Source: an uncultured Acidobacteriota bacterium
GTDB taxonomy: Bacteria > Actinomycetota > Acidimicrobiia > Spongiisociales > ZC4RG35
Assembly (NCBI GenBank): GCA_963720925.1
Contig: CAVRHE010000014.1
Location: 214,575 to 278,574 of the forward strand
Length of the DNA: 64,000 nucleotides
Direction of reading: 5' to 3'
Shown here: positions 16,024-26,144 of the stretch, piece by piece
Layout: the number at the start of each line of letters is the position of its first letter
Numbering within the stretch: the stretch's first letter is position 1
The notes under the pieces: generated by a model
What the model was told of the DNA's origin: nothing
Databases searched by the model: none
The model's input: the letters and a program-made list of their open reading frames with translations, nothing else
Program-made: the position numbers and the translations under genes

Positions 16024-17235
16024 TCAGGCGTCGGCCGACCGCCAGGCTTCCCTGAGTTTCACCCGGCTCCCGAACCTGAGCAGGCCGCCGGCATAGATCC
16101 TGCCCGCCACCAGCACGAGACCCACGATCGTTGCGATGGTCAACACCACTGCCGCGATGTACTGCCAGGCCGGGATGGCGTCCAGAGCCGCCCTGACCGG
16201 GACGACGAACGGTGCCGTGAAAGGGATGAAGGTCCCGACCACTGCGACCGTGCCGTCGGGATCGCCCAGGGCAGCGATCGAGACGAAGAACCCGGCAACC
16301 GCGATCATCGACATGGGAAATGCCACGTTCTGGGCATCTTCCATCCGGCTCACCAGGGATCCCGCCGCCCCGTACATCACCGCAAAGAGCAGGAAGCCGA
16401 GGATGAACCAGAGGATCAGGTTGGCCACCGCACCGACATCGAGGCTCGGCAACTCGACGGCGCCGGTGAGATTGACCGCGAGGAATGCCACGAGGATGGT
16501 CCCGGCGAACTGGGCGATGCCGAGGGAGCCGATCCCGAGGATCTTCCCGGCGAGGATCTGCCATGGCTTGACGCTCGACAGGAGTACCTCGACGACACGG
16601 TTCGACTTCTCCTCGGTGACGCCGGCAAGCATCCAGTTCCCGTAGAGCAGAACGGCGAGATAGAGGAGGAGGAGCCCGGCGTAGGCCACCGCGCCTCGGG
16701 TGTCGTCGCCGGCCTCGGGACCGGTGAGGGTCGTCGTCTCCAATGGATCCGACGTCATCACCTCGATAACGTCCGCTGCGGTCTGGCCGCCCTCGGCCAC
16801 GATGGCCTCGAGCTCGACGGAGGCCGCCCCCTGTTGGAGGAGGCTGAGCAGGCTCGACTCGCCAAACCCCCCAACACTCTCGACGACCACCTCCGACCCG
16901 TCGATCAGGAGGGCGTCGACCTCGCCTTCATCCATGGCAGATTCCGCCGATTCACGATCTTCGAAATCCCGCAACTCGATCGATACCGAAGATTCGGCAT
17001 CTGGCTCGTCCGTCGCATTGCCGAGTTGCTCGGCGGCAGTCGCGATCGGCTCGTTGCCCTCACCCACGCTGCCCACCGTGAACTCATCTGTGCCCCCGCC
17101 GATCAGCCCCGGGACGATCACCAGGCCGGCCACGAGCAGGAAGGTCACCGTGGTGGTGATGAGGAACGATTTCGACCTCCCGTGCTCGCGGATCTCGCGC
17201 ATGGCTATCCGCCAGACGGTGCGAAACGAGCTCAT
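16024..17235 (-). CDS. ABC-2 type transporter permease (NatB-like)
   Basis: 403 aa with an N-terminal TM, a large extracytoplasmic loop and a C-terminal cluster of about 5 TM helices. 4-nt overlap with the upstream ATPase gene. Confidence 0.8.
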   Translation of the reverse strand: MSSFRTVWRIAMREIREHGRSKSFLITTTVTFLLVAGLVIVPGLIGGGTDEFTVGSVGEGNEPIATAAEQLGNATDEPDAESSVSIELRDFEDRESAESAMDEGEVDALLIDGSEVVVESVGGFGESSLLSLLQQGAASVELEAIVAEGGQTAADVIEVMTSDPLETTTLTGPEAGDDTRGAVAYAGLLLLYLAVLLYGNWMLAGVTEEKSNRVVEVLLSSVKPWQILAGKILGIGSLGIAQFAGTILVAFLAVNLTGAVELPSLDVGAVANLILWFILGFLLFAVMYGAAGSLVSRMEDAQNVAFPMSMIAVAGFFVSIAALGDPDGTVAVVGTFIPFTAPFVVPVRAALDAIPAWQYIAAVVLTIATIVGLVLVAGRIYAGGLLRFGSRVKLREAWRSADA

Positions 17236-18119
17236 CGCACCGCCTCGCGGAAGAGGTCGGAGAGTGAGGGTGTCGTGTACGCGAAGTGGCGCAGCCGTCC
17301 CATCTCCTGAGCCCTGGTGAGGAATGCCCGGACGTCGGTGGCTGAGTCGATGACTGCGGTATGGGTGTGATCGGATGACCGGATCTGACGCACGCCATCG
17401 AGGGTGTCGAACAGGTCCCCGACCTCACCGTCCAGTTCGATCTCGAGATGTCGGATTGGGGCCGCATCCTTCAGTTCGCGCACATCTCCCTCGACAACGA
17501 TCTGTCCGGCGTTGATGATCGCGACCTCCTCGCAGATGTCCTCCACCAGGTCGAGTTGATGTGAGGAGAAGACCACGGCCTTGCCTCGCTCCGCTTCTTC
17601 GCGGAGGATGTCGGCCATTGTCTCAGTGGCGATCGGATCGAGGCCACTGAACGGCTCATCCATGACCAACAACTCGGGGTCATGAACGAGTGCCGCTGCC
17701 AGTTGGACCCGCTGCTGATTGCCGTGCGACAGCACCTCGACTCGGTCCATTCTCCGCTCGGCCAGCCCGAGACGCTCCAGCCAGCGATCGGCTGATGCCG
17801 AGGCTTCCTTGGCCTCCATCCCTCGGAGGCGTCCGAGATAGGCCAGTTGCTCCTGGGCCCTCATCTTCGGGTAGAGGCCCCGCTGCTCGGGCATGTAGCC
17901 AAAGCGACGCTTTTGCTCGATCGTTATCGGCCGGCCGTCCCATGTCACCTCACCGGAGTCGGGGGTGACCAGGCCAAAGATCGTGCGCATGGCGGTGGTC
18001 TTGCCCGCCCCGTTGGGGCCGAGAAAGCCGAGCATTTTGCCCTTGCCGACCTGAAGGGAGCACCCGGAGAGGGCGATGACGTCGTCGTAGTGCTTGTGCA
18101 GGTCGTTGAGGGCGAGCAC
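17232..18119 (-). CDS. ABC transporter ATP-binding protein (NatA-like)
   Basis: GPNGAGKTT (Walker A), LSHGNQQRV (signature), LLVMDEPFSGLD (Walker B). I chose GTG 18119 (VLALNDLHKHY) because the longer ORF to 18332 overlaps the divergent regulator gene. The start is uncertain. Confidence 0.85.
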   Translation of the reverse strand: MLALNDLHKHYDDVIALSGCSLQVGKGKMLGFLGPNGAGKTTAMRTIFGLVTPDSGEVTWDGRPITIEQKRRFGYMPEQRGLYPKMRAQEQLAYLGRLRGMEAKEASASADRWLERLGLAERRMDRVEVLSHGNQQRVQLAAALVHDPELLVMDEPFSGLDPIATETMADILREEAERGKAVVFSSHQLDLVEDICEEVAIINAGQIVVEGDVRELKDAAPIRHLEIELDGEVGDLFDTLDGVRQIRSSDHTHTAVIDSATDVRAFLTRAQEMGRLRHFAYTTPSLSDLFREAVR

Positions 18120-18185
18120 CGGCGGCAGGATAGGGGTCGTCCCCCATAGGAGCCAGACGCCACCCCCGGTACCATCCTTCGACTC

Positions 18186-20763
18186 ATGCAGTTGTTGGAG
18201 CGCGACGACATCCTCCAGCGTTTGGAGAAGCTCCTCGCCGCCGCCAGGGGTGGCGACGGACGGGCAGTCTTGGTGCGCGGCGAGGCGGGCATCGGCAAGA
18301 CGTCGGCGGTCCGCGCCTTCACCGACTCCCATTTGGAGGATGCGTTGGTTCTGTGGGGTGGCTGTGACGACCTTCTCACTGCGCGGCCGCTGGGACCCAT
18401 CTGGGATATGGCCCTGGACGAGCCTGCGTTGGGGGAGGCGCTCCGAGGTCAGGACCGCTACGAAGCGTTCGCCCTCGTCCTCGAGCTCATGTCACGGTCG
18501 TTGCGGCCCACCGTGGTCGTCATCGAGGACATCCATTGGGCCGACGAGGCCACTCTCGATCTGATCAAATTCCTCGGGAGACGAATCGCCCGGAGCCATG
18601 GCCTGCTGATCCTCACCTACCGAGATGGGCAGGTGCCAGGAGACCGTCCTCTGCGTGTGGCTCTGGCCGACATCGCCGCTTCGGTGCTGGAACGGATCAC
18701 CCTGACCCCACTCTCCCCGGAAGCCGTGTCCGAGCTGGCCTCTGAGGCAGGAGGCATCACCGAGGGGTTGTGGGAGCTGACCGGGGGCAACCCGTTCTTC
18801 CTGACTGAGGTCCTGGGCGCCGAGCACGAGTCGGTTCCGGGCTCGGTGCGCGACGCCGTGATGGGGAGAGTCTCTCGACTTTCTCCGCCTGCGCGGGCAC
18901 TGGTCGATCTGGTTTCGGTGGTGCCGGGCCGGGCGGAGCTGGAGCTTGTGGACCGCGTCCTCGGGCCCTCGGAGGAGGCGGCCAGTGAGGCTGAGGCGGC
19001 TGGGGTGATCGTGCTCACCGAGGACACGCTCACGTTCCGTCACGAACTCGCTCGCCGCTCGGTCGAGACGGATCTTCCCCAGATCAGGAGGCGGGAGATA
19101 AACCTCGAGGTGCTTCGAGCAGTCGAGGACCTCGGCTACGACGTGTCACGGGCCGCTCACCATGCCCGGGTGGGTGGTGATATCGATGCTCTGGTGCGTC
19201 TGGCTCCCCTTGCGGCCCGCCGCGCCGCGGCCATGGGAGAGCCACAACGAGGCAGTCGCTCACCTGCGGGCACTCGAGCCTCACCTCGACCGGCTGGAGC
19301 CCGAGCTGTGCGCCGACCACTACGACCTCTGGGCCTTTGAGGAATACCTGGGTAGCGAGATCGCTTGGGCCGAGGAGATCATCGAGATCGGGATCGGCCT
19401 CCGGCGAAGATTGAACGATCCGGAGAAGCTGGGACACTCGTTGTTGGTTGGGAGCCGAATCGCTTGGGTGCGGAATCGTCGCTCGCTTGCCACCGAGATG
19501 GCCAACGAGGCGGCGTCGGTCCTGGAGTCGGTCGGTGGACTCCCTCTGGCGACCGCTTACTCAGCGATCTCACAGCTGGCGATGCTCGCCGGCGACGAGA
19601 AGCGCACGCTCTGGTACGGGGAGAAGGCCCTGGCAGTGGCCGGCGAGGAGCCCAGCCAGGCCCGGGCCCACGCCCTCAACAACATCGGGACGGCCAAGAC
19701 CATCCCGCGGTACCCGGAAGGCATCGAGGAGCTGGAGGAGAGCTACGCCATGTCGGCCGACATCCATTCCAGCCACGACCAGATCCGGGCCGCGGTGAAC
19801 ATCAGTTGGGGCGCGATCTACCACCGGGATCTCGCCACTGCCGAGTTGTGGGCGGGTCGGGCCCATGAGCTCTCGTTGGATCGGGAGATCGCTTCGTTCG
19901 ATGCGTATGTGACCGGGGAGTTGGCCCTGATAGACGAGATGAGGGGAAACTGGGCGGAAGCCGAAGCGAAGGTCTGCTTCGTGCTCGACACCCTGGCCGA
20001 GCTTGGCACGGCGAACATCGTTGCCAGCACCTTGCTCGGTCGACTTCAGGCCCGCCGAGGCGAGCCGGATGCCAAGACCCACCTGATGGATGGGTGGGAA
20101 CGTTCTCTTCAGGCCAACGAGGTCCAGCGAACCACACCGGCAGCGATTTCACTGGCCGAGTATGTCTGGATCGGGGGCAAGCTCGATGAGGCGATCTTCC
20201 CCCAGATGCGGGAGATCTTGGCCGATTGCATCGACCGCGACTCTCCCTGGATGGCGGGAGAGCTTGCATTCTGGCTCCGTTTGATCGGCGAGCTCGAGCA
20301 CATGCCTGATATCGCCCCTGAGCCATATCGCCTGGCTGGGGAAGGGGATTGGGAGGCCGCCGCCGCATTCTGGGAAGAGCGCGGCATCCCCTATGACCGG
20401 GCGTTGGCATTGAGTCACGGAGACACCGATGCCAGGATCGAGGCGCTGAGGATCTTCGATGATCTCGGTGCGATCCCGGTGGCCGCCCGGCTGCGCTCGG
20501 AGTTGGCTGAGGCGGGGGTGAACCGTGTCCCCAGGGGACCCACCAGGGCCACGCGGGACAATCCCTTCGGCCTGACCGCTCGCCAGCTGGAGGTGCTACG
20601 CCATCTGTCGGACGGCATGACCAATGCCGAGATCGCCGACCGGCTCTTCGTTTCGAACCGAACGGTCGATCACCACGTCTCGGCAATCCTCGGCAAGCTG
20701 GGCGCCAACAGCCGGTCCGACGCCGCGTCGATGGCACGTGAAGCCGGATTGCTCGATAGGTGA
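18186..20763 (+). pseudogene. Large ATPase/LuxR-family regulator (AAA ATPase + TPR-like repeats + C-terminal LuxR HTH), with one frameshift near 19240-19248
   Basis: ORF 18186-19340 has GEAGIGKTS (Walker A) and VVIEDIHWAD (Walker B), readable to ...LAARRAAAMG. The continuation (E)SHNEAVAHLRALEPHLDRL... is ORF 19162-20763, ending LTARQLEVLRHLSDGMTNAEIADRLFVSNRTVDHHVSAILGKLG (LuxR HTH). Confidence 0.8.
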
Positions 20764-20887
20764 CGGTTCTGCCGATATAGGCAGCCGCGCGCCCGAGATC
20801 TAGGTATCCCCCACCGATTCCATCAGCATGGCCTTGTCGTACCTTCGCAATGTGCCACTACTACAGGCATCGATGAAGGGAAACACG

Positions 20888-21055
20888 ATGGCTTACTTGC
20901 AAGACGACCATGTCAGTGCGGTGATGGCGGACCGTATCCGCGAGGCCGAGCATGCGAGGTTGGTTCGTGAGGTCCGGCGGGTGAACAAGGCCAACAAAGA
21001 ATCGAAGCCACAGCGGCGGCGTTTCCTCCGTCTCCGCGACCCGCTGAGGGCCTGA
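20888..21055 (+). CDS. Small hypothetical protein (55 aa, basic C-terminus)
   Basis: ATG 20888 is preceded by GAAGGGA. MAYLQDDHVSAVMADRIREAEHARLVREVRRVNKANKESKPQRRRFLRLRDPLRA. It lies in a locally lower-GC intergenic stretch. No family recognised. Confidence 0.35.
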   Translation: MAYLQDDHVSAVMADRIREAEHARLVREVRRVNKANKESKPQRRRFLRLRDPLRA

Positions 21056-21070
21056 TCTCGGCGGATCCAC

Positions 21071-22078
21071 TCAGTCGAGCAGGGTCGGCCGGAAGAGCCG
21101 GTCGTGGGTGTGAAGGGCGAAGCGATCGGTCATGCCGGCCACGTAATCCACCGCCCGGTCCAGTTCGCCGGCGTCGGGAACGGTCGCAGAATCGGGGACC
21201 TCGGCAGGATGCTCGGCGAAGTAGCCAACGAGGTCCTGGATCACCGTTATCGCCTTCTGCTTCTGCATCTCGCTTTCGGGCGTCAGATAGACCCGGGCGA
21301 ACATGAACTCCCGCAGCTCGCCCATCACCTCGAGCTGAGGAGCGCCCATCTGCACCTGGCCGACTTCTGAGCTGGCCTCGATGACCGAGGTGGCAAGCGA
21401 GCCGATCCATTCTCGTGCGGTGGCACCCAACGTGGTCAGGGCCCGGGTGGGGATCTGGTGGTACTCGATCACGTTGGCCCGCAGGGCATCTGCCACATCA
21501 TGGGTCAGGTAGGCGATCCGGTCAGCGAAGCGGCACAACATCCCTTCTGGAGTATGAGGGGGCGGGTCGACCCGCCACGAATGGGCCCGGATGCCGTCGA
21601 GCACCTCTGCGGTGAGGTTCTGTGGCTCGATGAGAGTGAGGGTCCGCACCCCGTGTTCCGAGTGGAGCCAGGTCCCTCCGATCATCGGGCTCAGCGCATC
21701 CTCGCCGGTGTGCCCGAAGGGCGAATGGCCGACGTCGTGGCCGAGGCAGATCGCCTCGGTGAGGTCCTCGTTGAGACCGAGGGCGCGGGCCATGGCCCGG
21801 CCCACCTGGTTCACCTGGATGGTGTGAGTCATCCGGGTGACGAAGTGGTCCCCGTCGGGATTGAGGAAGACCTGGGTCTTGTGCTTGAGCCGGCGGAAAG
21901 CCTTGGTGTGGACGATTCGGTCCCGATCTCGCTCGAATGCGGTCCGGAACTCGTCGGGCTCCTCGTCTTCGACCCGTCCCTTCGAGTCTGAAGCCTTGGT
22001 GGCCTCGGGGGCGAGTTGCTCGTGCTCGAGCCGTTCCCGGTCGACGCGGGTCTTTCTCAGCATGTCAGCTGCACTCAA
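21071..22078 (-). CDS. dgt: dGTP triphosphohydrolase-like HD-domain protein
   Basis: 335 aa: FERDRDRIVHTKAFRRLKHKTQVF...DHFVTRMTHTIQVNQVGRAMARAL...LGHDVGHSPFGHTGE. Confidence 0.85.
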   Translation of the reverse strand: MSAADMLRKTRVDRERLEHEQLAPEATKASDSKGRVEDEEPDEFRTAFERDRDRIVHTKAFRRLKHKTQVFLNPDGDHFVTRMTHTIQVNQVGRAMARALGLNEDLTEAICLGHDVGHSPFGHTGEDALSPMIGGTWLHSEHGVRTLTLIEPQNLTAEVLDGIRAHSWRVDPPPHTPEGMLCRFADRIAYLTHDVADALRANVIEYHQIPTRALTTLGATAREWIGSLATSVIEASSEVGQVQMGAPQLEVMGELREFMFARVYLTPESEMQKQKAITVIQDLVGYFAEHPAEVPDSATVPDAGELDRAVDYVAGMTDRFALHTHDRLFRPTLLD

Positions 22079-22155
22079 CCACCTCCCCAGTGGTCATGTG
22101 CACACCGCGCCACACGCACGGTCAAGCGGGTCGGCTCTCCGCCCAGAACTCTCAA

Positions 22156-23394
22156 TCAGCTCCGGTAGGCCTCCCGGCCGACACCCTGGACCGCGATGTC
22201 CTGAGCCGTTAGCACCTCGTTCTGCAACGCATACATGGCTGCGGCCGCCTGATCGATATAGCGGGTGAACGCGATCGACCCTTCCAGTATGGGTTTGAGG
22301 TCGGCCTTGTCCTGCACACGGGCCGGCGGGTATTCGTGCTCCACGATGAGTGGGGTATTGGCCACGTCGACCTCGAGAAGCTCACGCAGAGCCAACTGAT
22401 GGTCCAGCCAGTCGACCGATCGATTCTGCAGATAGGCCAGAGGGTCGTGCTTGGCAGTGCCAGGCAGCTCGTGCTCGGCGAGCACCGTTTGGATCAGCCA
22501 GGACTTGCCCCAGTCGGCAGGATTCGGTGAGATCTCGCCGTCGATCCAGTCTCCTCTCTGAACTGTTTGGCCCCCATATCCCCAGGCCGCCACGCCTCTG
22601 CTGTCGATCACCTGGCCCTTGACATGCAGCCCGCCGATCAAGAACCCGTAGCCCTCATCGGCCAGGAACTGAAACATGGAACGGGTGTCCTGACCCATCA
22701 GAATGGAATGAGACGGGTCGTAGTGAATCCGGAACTGGTCGCCGACGCCGTGCTTCTCGGCGATCTGATGCAGGGCGATCCACATGGCGGGGGTGTATCC
22801 GATGTTGTTGTGGTAGTTGTCGCTGGGCGTCCATCCGGGCATTGGGCACTGCTCCACCCGATAGGTCAGGCCGCGATCCTTGGCTGCTTTCAGGAGTGGA
22901 ACGAAGCTCTCCTCGAACTCGATCAGGTTCTGGTCCATCGACCTGGTCTGATCCCGGCCTACGAAGCCGGCCACTGCCGGCACGCCGAGCAGCACGGCGG
23001 CATCCATCACTTTCAGCATGAAGTCATGCTTGTCCCGCCGGATCGCCGGGTCGTCGTGGAGCAGGTTGTCGAAATAGGCGAGGTCAGCCAGCCACACACC
23101 TGAGCTGTCGATCGCAGCCTGCACCCGTCGCGCCCGGCTCTCGTCGAAAGGCTGGCGGAGGTCGAGGGTGTTGGCTACCGGATCGAGCATCGCCTCCGGC
23201 GGGATATCGGCCAGATCGGGATGCACCGCAGCCGACAACTCGATGCAATCGACGCCTAGTTCGGATGCGAAATCGAGCCATTCCTCGACCGCCAGGTCAG
23301 GATCCGGATCTCGCTTCTCCCTGGGTGTGAGCTCCTGAAGGGCGGCAGTCAGGACGCCCACAGGCATGAATACGGGCTCGAATGGTGCAGCCAT
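22156..23394 (-). CDS. Xylose-isomerase-like TIM-barrel protein (sugar phosphate isomerase/epimerase family), long form
   Basis: 412-aa intact ORF with the general AP-endonuclease-2/xylose-isomerase-like TIM pattern (..GVDCIELS.., ..RIHYDPSH.., ..IVEHEY..). The family call is by eye. Confidence 0.6.
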   Translation of the reverse strand: MAAPFEPVFMPVGVLTAALQELTPREKRDPDPDLAVEEWLDFASELGVDCIELSAAVHPDLADIPPEAMLDPVANTLDLRQPFDESRARRVQAAIDSSGVWLADLAYFDNLLHDDPAIRRDKHDFMLKVMDAAVLLGVPAVAGFVGRDQTRSMDQNLIEFEESFVPLLKAAKDRGLTYRVEQCPMPGWTPSDNYHNNIGYTPAMWIALHQIAEKHGVGDQFRIHYDPSHSILMGQDTRSMFQFLADEGYGFLIGGLHVKGQVIDSRGVAAWGYGGQTVQRGDWIDGEISPNPADWGKSWLIQTVLAEHELPGTAKHDPLAYLQNRSVDWLDHQLALRELLEVDVANTPLIVEHEYPPARVQDKADLKPILEGSIAFTRYIDQAAAAMYALQNEVLTAQDIAVQGVGREAYRS

Positions 23395-23419
23395 CGTCTC
23401 TTCCTCTCTCTCTGAGACT

Positions 23420-24606
23420 TCAGAGGTCTCCGATGTCGACTGGCGAGTGCTCCCGCGCCGAGATCAACGCGGCCGCCAGAACTTTCTGTGTCTCGAGTGC
23501 GTCGGCGAAGTCGGGCAGAGGCACCACCGACTCTCCCCCGCCGATCACACGCAGCATGTCGGCGGCCTGGTTGACAAATGTGTTCTCGTACCCGAGGCCA
23601 TGGCTCGGCGGCCACCAGGCATCGGCGTAGGGGTGCCCATCTCCGCCCCTGGTGACGTCGATGGTCGTCCAGCCCTGGGTCGACGGATCGCCACTCACGT
23701 CGTAGTACCCGAGCTCGTTCATTCGCTCGAAGTCGAATCGAAGAGCACCTCTCTCGCCGTGGATCTCGATTCGGTTGGCGTTGTGATATCCGGTGGCGAG
23801 CCGGGTCGCCTCGAAACTGGCCAGCCCGCCTCCTGATAGCCGGCCGATGAAGAGAACCGCGTCATCGACCGTGCTCTTGCCTTTTGCGCCCGAGGTGGTG
23901 GCGCCGGCGCCGGCGATCTCGCCTCCCACTGCATCCTTCGAGGACCGTTCGTTCCTCGATGAAGGTGTGCTCGATCGCCCCATCGACGGTGACGATCTCC
24001 TCGCCTGTGATGAACCGCACGGCATCGATGATGTGGGCATTGAGATCGCCGTGGGCACCGGAGCCGGCGACGTCGCCCTGAAATCGCCACAGCAGTGGAG
24101 TGTCGGGCCCACCCCAGCTCTGCAGATACGCCGCCCGGCTGTGATAGATCCGACCCAAGCGCGCCGTCCTTCACCAGCCGATGGGCAAGTGCGAGCGCTG
24201 GCACTCGGCGGTACATGTACCAGACGAACGCCTTCCCTTCGGCTTTGGCCGCGGCGCCCGCCATGGCCTTGGCGCCATCCAGATTGGCGGCGAGGGGCTT
24301 CTCGCAGGCGACGTGTTTGCCTGCCTCCAGGGCGGCGATCGCTTGTTCGGCGTGGACATCGTTGGGAGTGGCGACATCCACCAGATCGACCTCGGGATGG
24401 GTCGCTGCCTCGCGCCAATCGGTGGTCCAAGCCGACCACCCCCAGGCGTCCGCGAACCTCTCCAGGTCTTCTGCATTCCGGGCCGCGACGGTGTGCAGGT
24501 CGGCGGTTCCGGCATCAGGGAAATACTTGCCGACGCTCATCCAGGCGTTGGAATGGGCACGGCCCATGAACTTCGAGCCCAGGAGTGCGACATTGGTGAT
24601 TGTCAT
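23420..24606 (-). pseudogene. Gfo/Idh/MocA-family NAD(P)-dependent oxidoreductase, with two frameshifts (~24150-24156 and ~23935-23945)
   Basis: Piece 1 is MTITNVALLGSKFMGRAHSNAW...ACEKPLA...HRLVKDGALG. Piece 2, in another frame, is RIYHSRAAYLQSWGGPDTPLLWRFQGDVAGSGAHGDLNAHIIDAVRFITGEEI. Piece 3 is KDAVGGEIAG...FEATRLATGYHNANRIEIHGERGALRFDFERMNEL... Confidence 0.8.
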
Positions 24607-24633
24607 AGGCCCTTCTCTCCTCGAGACCGCGTC

Positions 24634-25344
24634 TCAGGCATCGACGCCCAAGTACAGCCGTTGCAGCGTGGGGTCGTTTCGAATCTCCTCGGCGCCGAAC
24701 TCTGCCTCGATCCGCCCCGAAACCATCGCCAGCTGGCGATCGGCCATGGCGGTTGCGGCATGGATGTTCTGTTCGACCGCGAGGACCGCCACACCCTCGG
24801 CCACCAGAGTGTGAACCGCGGCAATCAGCGTCTCTACAATGGTCGGGGCAAGTCCCTCGGATGGCTCGTCCATCAGGACCAGCTTGCTGTTCAGCATCAG
24901 CGCCCGACCCACGGCCAACATCTGTTGCTCTCCCCCGGACAGGTCACCTCCACGGTTTTGGCGGCGCTGGGCGAGGCGGGGAAACAGCTCGTACACGGCA
25001 TCCGCCGTCCACCGTTTGTCCTTGGTCCCATTGGCCAGCATCCGTAGATGCTCATCGACGGTGAGCGAGGGAAAGAGCCGACGACCCTGGGGCACGTAGG
25101 CGATCCCTGCTCGCGATATCTTCTCGGGTGGGAGAGCGGTCAGATCCAGGCCGTCGAAAACCACCGATCCGCGGGTTGGTCTGACCAGTCCCATGATCGC
25201 CTTGCACAGGGTCGTCTTCCCCATGCCGTTGCGCCCGATGATCGCCACCGACTCGGTTCCCATGGAGAAGGAGAGCCCGTCGAGGACCGTCGACTGGCCA
25301 TACCCGGCCTGGAGCATGTCGACCTGGAGCAGTGGGTCGGCCAT
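24634..25344 (-). CDS. livF: Branched-chain amino acid-type ABC transporter ATP-binding protein (LivF-like)
   Basis: 236 aa: GRNGMGKTT, LSGGEQQMLAVGRAL, LVLMDEPSEGLAP. Confidence 0.85.
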   Translation of the reverse strand: MADPLLQVDMLQAGYGQSTVLDGLSFSMGTESVAIIGRNGMGKTTLCKAIMGLVRPTRGSVVFDGLDLTALPPEKISRAGIAYVPQGRRLFPSLTVDEHLRMLANGTKDKRWTADAVYELFPRLAQRRQNRGGDLSGGEQQMLAVGRALMLNSKLVLMDEPSEGLAPTIVETLIAAVHTLVAEGVAVLAVEQNIHAATAMADRQLAMVSGRIEAEFGAEEIRNDPTLQRLYLGVDA

Positions 25345-26131
25345 CAGTCTTCGCCGGGTTCGCCGAGATAGATCTCATGGACGATCGGGTCGTGCCGGAT
25401 CTCCTCCGTGCGTGCCGGAGGCCACCATCTTCCCGTCGGACATGACCACGATTCGCTCTGCCGCCCGGAGGGCGACATCCATGTCATGCTCGATGAGGAC
25501 CAGTGTCAACTCTCGGGGGAGCCCGAGCAGGAGCTGGGTGAGATTCTCCCGCTCTCCCTGGGATAGGCCCGAGGCCGGCTCGTCGAGAAGGAGGATCGAC
25601 GGTTCGGTGACCAATGCCATCGCCACTTCCAATTGCCGGCGCTCACCGTGGGAGAGGTCGTCCACCGTGTCATCCTTGCGTTTGCCGAGCCACACCTTCG
25701 CTGCCGCTCGCTGCAGCCTTCTCGCGCAGTGACTCGTCCTCCTCGGACTTCCACAATGCCCTATGGCGCCCGCTCTTGCCGGTCTGGGCGAGATAGAGAT
25801 TGTCAGTGACGGTCAATCCTCCGAAGAGACGGGTCCTCTGATAGGTGCGGGCGACGCCCATGGCCGCTCGATGACGCGAGGCGAGCATCGTGCAATCCAC
25901 GCCTTCGATCTCGATGGTCCCCGAGGTAGGTCGCATGTCCCCGGCAACGAGATTGAAAAGGGTGGTCTTCCCCGCCCCGTTTGGGCCGAGAAGACCCAAG
26001 CGTTGGCCGTGGACGACATCGAGATCGATGCCGTCCACGGCCACCAGTCCTCCGAACGCCTTGGTCACCGACCGGAGACTCAGGGCATGGCCCTGAGGTG
26101 CTTCGATCGGGGACTCTGGATTCGGGTCCAC
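25344..26131 (-). pseudogene. livG: LivG-like ABC transporter ATP-binding protein, with two frameshifts (~25690-25705 and ~25412-25420)
   Basis: ORF 25670-26131 has GPNGAGKTTLFNL. ORF 25375-25695 has LSHGERRQLEVAMAL and ILLLDEPASGLS. The true C-terminus EEIRHDPIVHEIYLGEPGED* is in a third frame and ends with TGATG overlapping the livF start. Confidence 0.8.
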
Positions 26132-26144
26132 CCTGCTTCCTCAC

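Noticed and set aside
14685-17310. Long ORFs 14685-15569 (-, other frame) and 15985-17310 (+)
   Set aside because: They overlap the crotonase and ABC permease genes and have Arg/Gly/His/Asp-rich nonsense composition, so they are shadow ORFs.
19802-20737. 311-aa reverse-strand ORF
   Set aside because: It is antisense to the TPR/LuxR part of the regulator and has a Pro/Arg-rich composition.
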